Positions 1-6,810 of a stretch of DNA of 24,087 nucleotides are shown one piece after another. A model generated the notes under the pieces. It searched no databases. It was not told the DNA's origin and saw nothing but the letters and a program-made list of their open reading frames with translations. Numbering within the stretch: the first letter of the stretch is position 1; each line of letters starts with the position of its first letter. Source of the stretch: Candidatus Sabulitectum sp. (lineage in GTDB: Bacteria > Fermentibacterota > Fermentibacteria > Fermentibacterales > JCC-6). Both the position numbers and the translations under genes were made by a program. The stretch is from assembly GCA_023136985.1 (NCBI GenBank), contig JAGLQD010000216.1:1-24087 (forward strand), in the 5' to 3' direction.

Positions 1-263
1 TCGTCCATTACTATTGCGTCAACAGGGCACTGACCGATGCATATCTGGCAGCTGATACACCCCTCCGGAACCACATAGTAGGACTCTATTACTTCAGCGC
101 TTTCAGGGAAGATACCGTCCTCTGGATCAATGGTCTTAACCACTGCTCCCTTTGCCTGGATCTCCAACGCGACAAACTCCAGATCAAATGATTCCCAGGT
201 GAAGTTGAAAACACCTGCTGCTGCGGTAAGAGCAAACACCAGGATCATAGTTATGCTTTTCAA
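1..263 (-). CDS. Secreted 4Fe-4S ferredoxin-like protein, 3' end beyond window start (absent from ORF track)
   Basis: Manual translation from TTG at 263, with GGAG SD upstream: MKSITMILVFALTAAAGVFNFTWESFDLEFVALEIQAKGAVVKTIDPEDGIFPESAEVIESYYVVPEGCISCQICIGQCPVDAIVMD. Has a Sec-like signal peptide and a CxxCxxCxxxCP motif, and is open to position 1. Confidence 0.85.
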   Translation of the reverse strand, partial: MKSITMILVFALTAAAGVFNFTWESFDLEFVALEIQAKGAVVKTIDPEDGIFPESAEVIESYYVVPEGCISCQICIGQCPVDAIVMD

Positions 264-294
264 TGAAAGCTCCTTTCTCTATACAAATGACCTG

Positions 295-1248
295 TTAAGG
301 TCTTAACGGCTGGTCTGTTACCCAATCTGCCCGCACAACACGCCTTTTCATGGATCGCATGCCTGTGTAAGCATGTGAATCGGGGTTGATCATTTCGTGG
401 TAGTTCCAGCATTCGAACATACACTGCCCGCAGCTGATACACTCATCGTAGTCTATGTAAATCATATTAGTAACAGGGCCTATAGACATGGTGTCCTGCC
501 ACACAGCATCAACAGGGCAGCCGAAACCGCAGAACACATCGGTGCCATCAGCATAGTCTGTAATAATGTAGCAGGCGGATTCATCCCCGGCTGTACAGAG
601 CCCGCAGTTGTTGATGGTGGTAGGGTTGAAGGTATAGTGGTTGTTGTAGTAGATAAGTCTCCAGGCGTCCGCGGAAACAGCAATATCAGCAGAGGGGTTT
701 CCTTCGCTGAAGAAAGCCCTTATGCCGAAGAAGTAGTTCTTTGCATATCTGGTTCCGGTAATAGCGTCTACAGGGCAGACATCCATACACTGACCACAAG
801 CGGTGCATAGGTCATAATCTATAACTGCAATTCCCCCCTGGACTACAATAGCATCCATTGGGCAGACCTGCTCACAGAGTCCGCAGCCGATACAGGGTTC
901 TTCCTGAACCTCTACACGGACGAACACATAGGCTGTGTCCGCAGGAGCCTGGACTGTTGTCATTACAGTGGCCTGATTCCAGTTCTCTGTTGTTATCGGT
1001 GATTCTGAGGCACGGATCTCGTAGTATTGAGCATTGTCGACTTCTGTCCAGCGTAATGTGAACGAAGAGAATTCACCTGTCATGTATCCCCATATGGGAT
1101 CTACCGCACCAGCAGTATCGCCGGAGTCAACAAGAAGAGCGCCGGCACTCACAGCAGTTGGCATAACAGGGTTTTCACTTTCACTGAGGCAGGCAGCTAT
1201 AGATGCAAGAGCTACAACTGCCATTAGAGAAAGAATATGCTTTTTCAC
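295..1248 (-). CDS. Lipoprotein polyferredoxin: FN3-like domain with inserted 2[4Fe-4S] ferredoxin plus C-terminal Cys-rich ferredoxin-like domain
   Basis: GTG start with GGAGGT SD. Lipobox IAAC (C20). CIGCGLCEQVCP and CTACGQCMDVCP. Nine more Cys in the C-terminal part (CGLC..C..CGFGCP, CISCGQCMFEC). FN3-like strands FTLRW..YYEIRAS and YFFGIRAF. Confidence 0.85.
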   Translation of the reverse strand: MKKHILSLMAVVALASIAACLSESENPVMPTAVSAGALLVDSGDTAGAVDPIWGYMTGEFSSFTLRWTEVDNAQYYEIRASESPITTENWNQATVMTTVQAPADTAYVFVRVEVQEEPCIGCGLCEQVCPMDAIVVQGGIAVIDYDLCTACGQCMDVCPVDAITGTRYAKNYFFGIRAFFSEGNPSADIAVSADAWRLIYYNNHYTFNPTTINNCGLCTAGDESACYIITDYADGTDVFCGFGCPVDAVWQDTMSIGPVTNMIYIDYDECISCGQCMFECWNYHEMINPDSHAYTGMRSMKRRVVRADWVTDQPLRP

Positions 1249-1449
1249 TTATTTGACCTCCATACTATTACGGATACTCCGCGGTTCAATTTATGACTTT
1301 CCATTCAATGTACATCCAACAGTCTACTATTGTTCCTTTTCTGAAAAGAAGCAAGCGTTTCTGGAAACACTAAATCAATCGGGTTTGGAACTGACTACCG
1401 GTTCGCTATGTTCACCGTGTGATGGTATCCTTCAACCAGGGGGCACATT

Positions 1450-2418
1450 ATCAACAGATACATTCGATACATCTTTCTGCTTCTTTCTGTCTCAGCCAGG
1501 ATTTCTGCGGAGGCTCTCATATTGTATACCTCGGATGGAGGTGCTAGTTGGGTCAGAGAAGAAAGCAGTACAGTATCGAACCTCAATGCTGTCGCGATTA
1601 GTCTTACTACAGGTATAGCGATCTCGGTAGGTGATAACGGAACAATTCTACGCAGAGGAGAGAACGGAACCTGGGCTGATGTTTCTCCCGGAGGATTCAC
1701 CGCTGATCTGTACTCGGTTGCTGTGGGGATTTCCGGTATGATGGCTTGTGGCGAAGGCGGAATTCTTCTTTCATCATTCGACGGAGGTAGCAACTGGACA
1801 GCACTGTCAGATTTTGGTCATGAGGACACAGATCTCTACAGTGTAAATTTTGATCCTACTCATTCAAACTCTTTTCTGATCACAGGAGATAACGGCTTCA
1901 TCTATTCTTCCAGGGATAGACTGGTGCAAACCGGTTCTAGCACAGATTTTGTTACTTCCTGTGGAATGCTGTGCAGCGGGTTTCCCGAGGTGGTTCTGGG
2001 AAGAAACGGGTCAGGGTATAACATCAGGAATGAAGTCATGTTTGATATTGGAGATGTTGTTATCAGAGGAGCCACTGAAATAGTCTCCGGTGGAAGCAGC
2101 TACATTGCCGTTGGAGAGAGTGGATCTATTTTTCGATATTCAGACAGTGAGGTCTGGGATAGTATTCCCTCTATTACAGGGGAAAACCTGAACGATGTCT
2201 CTTATCTTGCCTGGGGCATGACTGCCTGTGCAGTAGGGGATAACGGAATTGTACTGATCTCTGAAGACAACGGCCTTACCTGGGAAATATCTAACATGGG
2301 AATCTCTAGAAACTTGAATGCAGTAGCCGGGAATGGTGCATGGATAGCCTGCATTGTGGGCAGCAGTGTCATGTCAGGTATGGTGAACTTCTTTACAACC
2401 AGTGAGGTTTCAGACTGA
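1450..2418 (+). CDS. YCF48/BNR (Asp-box) repeat beta-propeller protein, probably secreted; start uncertain (track gives TTG 1522)
   Basis: Asp-box repeats YTSDGGASW, SSFDGGSNW, SEDNGLTW and repeated 'LxxVa..g...avGdnG.il' blades. The frame stays open upstream of 1522 through a signal-peptide-like stretch back to an SD-preceded ATC at 1450. Confidence 0.8.
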   Translation: MNRYIRYIFLLLSVSARISAEALILYTSDGGASWVREESSTVSNLNAVAISLTTGIAISVGDNGTILRRGENGTWADVSPGGFTADLYSVAVGISGMMACGEGGILLSSFDGGSNWTALSDFGHEDTDLYSVNFDPTHSNSFLITGDNGFIYSSRDRLVQTGSSTDFVTSCGMLCSGFPEVVLGRNGSGYNIRNEVMFDIGDVVIRGATEIVSGGSSYIAVGESGSIFRYSDSEVWDSIPSITGENLNDVSYLAWGMTACAVGDNGIVLISEDNGLTWEISNMGISRNLNAVAGNGAWIACIVGSSVMSGMVNFFTTSEVSD

Positions 2419-3120
2419 ATGGACCTCAACATTATTTACAGCAGACTGTTCGCTTTTTTTGGACCCAGGGGCTGGTGGCCGGGAGAGTCATCCTATGAGC
2501 ATTTCATTGGCTGCATTCTTGCTCAGAACACCAGATGGGATCGGGTTGTTCCTGTTATTGAGAAGATGAAGCAGAGGGATGTTCTTTCTCCTGAAAAATA
2601 TCTTCAACTGGATTCAGATGATCTGGCAGAAATCTTGAAGGGCTCAGGCACCTACAGAATAAAGGCAGAGTATCTTCAAATTGCAGGCAGCTATATGCTT
2701 TCACTGGGCTGGGACGGCACTCCGGAATCGGTAACAATGGAAACAGAATTACTGAGAGGTCAGCTTCTTAGGCTTAAGGGAATAGGCCCGGAAACATGTG
2801 ACTGCATTCTTCTGTATGTGCTTGAAAGACCGGTTTTTGTTGTGGATGCTTACACCAGAAGAATTCTTAGCAGACATGGATTGTGCGGTACGAAAACAAA
2901 ATACATGGAAATACAGGAGTTGTTTCATGGTGTACTCTCTCCGGATGTGGAGATGTTCAAAGAGTATCATGCTCTTCTTGTTGAATGTGCAAAACGATTC
3001 TGTAAATCGAAACCCTTGTGTACTGATTGTCCTCTGTTTGAAGGAAATGGAGAAGTAGAGATAGAGCACCTGTTCACAGCTGAGGGTTTGAGGCTCCAGT
3101 TCGTTTATGTGCCAGAGTAA
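2419..3120 (+). CDS. Endonuclease III-related HhH-GPD DNA glycosylase; C-terminus replaced by cupin-derived sequence
   Basis: GWWPGES, ILAQNTRW, HhH motif LLRLKGIGPETCDCILLY, VVDAYTRR, and a partial Fe-S loop CKSKPLCTDCP. Confidence 0.88.
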   Translation: MDLNIIYSRLFAFFGPRGWWPGESSYEHFIGCILAQNTRWDRVVPVIEKMKQRDVLSPEKYLQLDSDDLAEILKGSGTYRIKAEYLQIAGSYMLSLGWDGTPESVTMETELLRGQLLRLKGIGPETCDCILLYVLERPVFVVDAYTRRILSRHGLCGTKTKYMEIQELFHGVLSPDVEMFKEYHALLVECAKRFCKSKPLCTDCPLFEGNGEVEIEHLFTAEGLRLQFVYVPE

Positions 3121-3506
3121 GACTAGTGCTCTGTATGCCTTAATATTTCGGTATAATGCGCCGCTATCCTGAGTTACAGCAAGGCACTGGTTTATGCGCA
3201 TAGCACCGCTATGAAATTGAACCAGTAACGCTGCTGGGGCTCTGGAGAGCCAGCAGGATTCGAAAGTTTAGGGTATACAGAGTACTTGCCCCCGGTTGTT
3301 CCATCGGATTGCATCAGCACATTGATGAGGATGAGTTGTATTTCATTATTGAGGGCTCAGGAAAAGTATCAGACGGAGAGGAAACTCATGCCGTTATGTC
3401 CGGGCACTCTATTCTTACAAGAAGCGGAGAGTCCCACTCCATAGAGAATACCGGTTCCATGGATCTTATTCTTATTGCAGTCATACCGCAAGCTCACACT
3501 CAGTAG
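3043..3506 (+). pseudogene. Disrupted cupin (RmlC-like) gene: N-terminus lost, 1-nt deletion at 3087-3089, 162-bp insertion at 3125-3286
   Basis: Adding one T and removing 3125-3286 gives GNGEVEIEHLFTAEGFEAPVRLCARVRLAPGCSIGLHQHIDEDELYFIIEGSG...GESHSIENTG, which contains both cupin motifs. Confidence 0.8.
3125..3286. mobile_element. 162-bp MITE-like insertion with 19-bp imperfect terminal inverted repeats
   Basis: AGTGCTCTGTATGCCTTAA (3125-3143) is complementary to TTAGGGTATACAGAGTACT (3268-3286) with 3 G:T positions. Flanked by CTAG/CTTG. Interrupts the cupin frame exactly. No coding capacity. Confidence 0.7.
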
Positions 3507-3535
3507 CAAATTCCGTTTATATTTCGTCTCCCTGC

Positions 3536-3627
3536 GGAGGGGTGCCAGAGCGGTTGAATGGGGCGGTCTCGAAAACCGTTGTCCTCTTTTTGGGGGACCG
3601 TGGGTTCGAATCCCACCTCCTCCGCCA
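3536..3627 (+). tRNA. tRNA-Ser (anticodon CGA), CCA encoded
   Basis: Acceptor stem GGAGGGG/CTCCTCC, anticodon arm GCGGT-CT-CGA-AA-ACCGT, long variable arm GTCCTC/GGGGAC, T-loop GGTTCGAATCC, discriminator G followed by CCA. Confidence 0.97.
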
Positions 3628-3634
3628 TTTCGGG

Positions 3635-3913
3635 TTACGGTTCAGACACTGGTTGACCCATGATGGAATTCATGAACAGGGCATCGGAGATACCAGCTTG
3701 CTTCTCTATGCCCCAGACAGCCACATCCGATCCGGGAGCCGGTTCTGATGCCAATAGTTCAAACTTTTGAAGAATGCTCTTATCACGGAGGGATGCGCAG
3801 ATACCGGCGCATGAGCCAAGGATGTTCCGCTTGAGTATATAGAGAAGCTTCTCGTCAATATCGCTGAAGCTTACGCGTGCTGTTGCCCGGGAGATCACTT
3901 TTTCAAGAAGCAT
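3635..3913 (-). pseudogene. Truncated MmgE/PrpD-family (2-methylcitrate dehydratase-like) N-terminal fragment
   Basis: SFSDIDEKLLYILKRNILGSCAGICASL...ISDALFMNSIMG resembles the PrpD N-terminus (recognised from memory). Only 92 aa versus ~450 aa for the family, and it ends 7 bp from the tRNA 3' end. Confidence 0.55.
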
Positions 3914-4251
3914 GTTCTAAATCTCTCAGTTAAGTTGCTTGCTCTCGATTGACACTGGTTTTTGCGATGAATCAAATCCGGAGCAGCAGAGCCAAACGGA
4001 CAATTCTGTACGAACTTAACGGTTCATATCTCCTCTTGAGACTGTCCATACTACCTGATAAACCACCAGTCAAACACCGATGCAGCAGGATACACATTGG
4101 TTTAACGGTGAAGAATACCTCTATCAATAGATCATACTCCTGTACATGCACAAGAAGATATGTTATCTATTGTTACCGGTGCGTTTCGCAGAAAGCTTTG
4201 TCTGTGAGGCTCTAGTCGAGAAGACCAAACTTATTTATCGGAGGTACAGTT

Positions 4252-5697
4252 TTGAGATCAGCCTCGTATCCATTCTGTCTTGTTCTACTGGGAGCATGCG
4301 CAGCTGTTTTTGCCCAGCCCCCTGATATTCTGTGGACTAATAGCTACGGTGGGAGCACTAACGATTATTGCCGGTCGGTACTTCAGACTGATGACGGTGG
4401 TTTTTATCTAATTGGGATGAGTGGATGGGATCTGTCACTGCTTAAGGTTGATGAGAACGGGCTGCTTGAATGGGAGAAGACATTTGGCGGTTCAGGATAT
4501 GATTTCGGAGAAGATGCACAGAGAACCTTGGATGGAGGGCTGATCATTACCGGCTGGACCCATTCGTTCGGGGCAGCAGATGGCGACCTCTGGCTGCTTA
4601 AGCTGGACTCTTTGGGAGGTCAGGAGTGGAGTTCGATCTTCGGGTGTGATTCAGTGGATAGGGGATTTTCCGTTTGTCAGAGTCCAGACGGAGGATTTGC
4701 AGCAACAGGTGTGACCACCGGTTCGGCTGGAGACCCGGAGCTCTATATCGTTAAAGTTAATGAATACGGTTCACTGGAGTGGGAGCAGAGTTACGGAGGA
4801 ACAGACAGCGATATTGGTTTCTCGATAGAACCCACGACAGATGACGGATTCATCATCACAGGATCCACATACATGGAAGAAACTGACGCTGACCTCTGGT
4901 TGATCAAGACCGACAGTTTTGGAGAGATAGTGTGGGAAGAGACATTCGGTGACTCCCTTGAGGAAGTGGGCTATTCAGTAAGTCAGACCAGCGATGGCGG
5001 TTTCATTGTTACAGGGTATACTCTTTCTTATGCCACGGGGGCTGATATTTTTCTGTTGAAAACAGATAATATGGGCTCAGTTGACTGGACTTCCTCATTC
5101 GGTGATTCTGACTGGGACAGAGGGGACGATGTCATCCAGACCATCGACGGAGGGTTTGTCCTCACCGGATCCACCACATTACCAGGTGCAAGCATTGATA
5201 TCTCGGTGGTAAAAACCTTCTCCGACGGTGGTCTTGACTGGCAGATGACCGTTGGCGATGCCGACCATGACGAATACGGGTATTCGATTTTGCAGCTTCC
5301 CGATGGAGGGTTCATTATAGGAGGAGATTCCAGGTCATTCTCTACAGGTGATCACAACATGTTCCTTGCCAGGCTTGCACCTCCTGAAGGCATAGCAGAT
5401 GATGACGATCCGGAATCCAATGATCTGTTCCTGCACTCCATAGCACCAAACCCCTCTTTTCAAACTGTGGAGATCTCATTCTTTCTCCCTGTCTCCGCGC
5501 ATACTGACATTTCTGTTCTTGATCTATCAGGCAGAGTTATTTCCTGCATTCAGCAGGGTGTGATGCCTGCAGGTGAGAACTGTACAGACTGGAATGGCTG
5601 CAGCCAATCAGGTTTTCCTGTTTCCGGCGGAGTCTACCTGATCCGTATTGAATCCATGGGGCAGATCGTTACTGGAAGGCTGGTTGTTTTCAGGTAG
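4252..5697 (+). CDS. Secreted beta-propeller-like repeat protein with T9SS type A/FlgD-Ig-like C-terminal domain
   Basis: GGAGGT SD then TTG. Signal peptide ..AAVFA. About 7 repeats of ~50 aa (W..t(F/Y)GGs..D.g.sv.QT.DGGfi..G....d..llK.D..G). CTD APNP...ISVLDLSGRVI...GVYLIRI...RLVVFR. Confidence 0.88.
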   Translation: MRSASYPFCLVLLGACAAVFAQPPDILWTNSYGGSTNDYCRSVLQTDDGGFYLIGMSGWDLSLLKVDENGLLEWEKTFGGSGYDFGEDAQRTLDGGLIITGWTHSFGAADGDLWLLKLDSLGGQEWSSIFGCDSVDRGFSVCQSPDGGFAATGVTTGSAGDPELYIVKVNEYGSLEWEQSYGGTDSDIGFSIEPTTDDGFIITGSTYMEETDADLWLIKTDSFGEIVWEETFGDSLEEVGYSVSQTSDGGFIVTGYTLSYATGADIFLLKTDNMGSVDWTSSFGDSDWDRGDDVIQTIDGGFVLTGSTTLPGASIDISVVKTFSDGGLDWQMTVGDADHDEYGYSILQLPDGGFIIGGDSRSFSTGDHNMFLARLAPPEGIADDDDPESNDLFLHSIAPNPSFQTVEISFFLPVSAHTDISVLDLSGRVISCIQQGVMPAGENCTDWNGCSQSGFPVSGGVYLIRIESMGQIVTGRLVVFR

Positions 5698-5746
5698 GAA
5701 AATCGATTCAGGTATACGATGGTGTCAGTTAATCGAGTTACTTGAA

Positions 5747-5766
5747 AGGGAGGCCGCACCATCCCT
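5747..5766. terminator. Weak hairpin between convergent genes
   Basis: AGGGA-GG...CC-A-TCCCT stem with no clear U-tract. Confidence 0.25.
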
Positions 5767-5817
5767 AAGCTTCTTCAGGTTAAGTATCATCCTGTATTGA
5801 AAGTGACCAGGTCAAAA

Positions 5818-6810
5818 TTAGAATTTTGTCAGTTTCAGAATTTTGCCCATGAGAAAATCAATGTCCTTCCGGGAACGCAGTGCAAATCTGTAGAAACCCA
5901 GATATGCGAGAATAAGAGGCAGTGGCCAGCCGATGGCCTTTCTCATCATTCGGATCTCGCAGAGGAAAGGATCCTCAGGAGCTCTGTTTTCTGCCATTGG
6001 AGCCTTGTCCAGCAGTTCAAGCATTTCAAGAAGAAGGTTTTGAATCAGCTCAACTCTATTGAAATTTATCCAATCCACAGTGTCTTCCGGTTTGTGGGAA
6101 TGTTTACCCCAGCCTTTGCTGATGAAAAGGTAGGGCTGACCTGCTTTTCTGAATGCGTGGTAGTCGGATCTGTCTCCAATGTATCTGGTCAGTGTTGGGA
6201 TAACTCGAAGCCCCTTCGCCTCTGATGAAGCATGCTCAACAATGGCTGGCAGTTCCAGGTGACTTTCAGAACCCAGGATGAAAAGCATTTGTCTTATTCC
6301 CGGAATAAAGAAATCGACTGGTGGAATTCCAACCTGGAAGTCATGACCGATCATGTCCAGGATCACCACACAGGCAAAATCAATATCATTGCAGTGATCA
6401 TTGCAGAATCTGGTGGATCCCATGTTCTCTGTTAGGAAACAGGGTTTCTCCTCTGCGTCGAAGAAGGCCACAATAGTGTTTCGTTCAGGGGGCTTTTTCA
6501 TGAGTATCTCTGATATGCTAAGGATCATTGCAACTGAGATAGCATTGTCATCCGCGCATGGAGCATCTATTGCGCTGTCATAGTGAGCTCCAATAAGAAC
6601 AGGCAGGGCAGAGCTGTTTCTGCCGGGGATAACTCCTGCAAGATTAGTGAATTTATCTCTGTAAGGTAAACAGAAGTTGTTGTTCTTGAAAGGGATCAGC
6701 CCGATCTCTTTCATTCTTTTCTTCAAATACTGCAATGCAATTTCATGACCGGGTTGACTCACCCGTCTTCCACCGGGAAGAGAAAGTTTTTCCGTATCTC
6801 TTCTAATCAT
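5818..6810 (-). CDS. M28 family metallopeptidase, no signal peptide
   Basis: IGAHYDS, ADDNA, FFDAEE, ILDMIG, SDYHAF and HSHKPEDT zinc/catalytic motifs. Start overlaps the upstream ATPase stop. Confidence 0.88.
   Translation of the reverse strand: MIRRDTEKLSLPGGRRVSQPGHEIALQYLKKRMKEIGLIPFKNNNFCLPYRDKFTNLAGVIPGRNSSALPVLIGAHYDSAIDAPCADDNAISVAMILSISEILMKKPPERNTIVAFFDAEEKPCFLTENMGSTRFCNDHCNDIDFACVVILDMIGHDFQVGIPPVDFFIPGIRQMLFILGSESHLELPAIVEHASSEAKGLRVIPTLTRYIGDRSDYHAFRKAGQPYLFISKGWGKHSHKPEDTVDWINFNRVELIQNLLLEMLELLDKAPMAENRAPEDPFLCEIRMMRKAIGWPLPLILAYLGFYRFALRSRKDIDFLMGKILKLTKF

Noticed and set aside
1408-1422. Second selenoprotein via ATG 1408 and in-frame TGA 1420
   Set aside because: No SD, no Cys or redox context, no clear hairpin; it would place extra residues before an otherwise normal signal peptide.
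3163-3262. SAM-I riboswitch (ATCxxGAG...hairpin-GAT resemblance)
   Set aside because: It lacks the GGAGGGA kink-turn, GCAACC and GUGC-AAUUCC core motifs.
3156-3506. Pyrrolysine or amber readthrough ORF (ATG 3156, TAG 3201) completing the cupin
   Set aside because: Both codons lie inside the 162-bp insert, there is no SD, and the true cupin N-terminal sequence is found upstream at 3043-3124.
3536-3627. tRNA with long variable arm as tRNA-Sec serving the nearby UGA
   Set aside because: The anticodon is CGA (Ser), with a normal 7-bp acceptor stem; it is not UCA.
3949-4215. 88-aa ORF in the post-tRNA spacer
   Set aside because: No SD or motif; Arg/Ser/Cys-rich composition typical of non-coding frames.
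4330-5380. Periodic repeats as a CRISPR array
   Set aside because: They are degenerate ~150-bp in-frame protein repeats, not identical DNA repeats with spacers; no cas genes are present.
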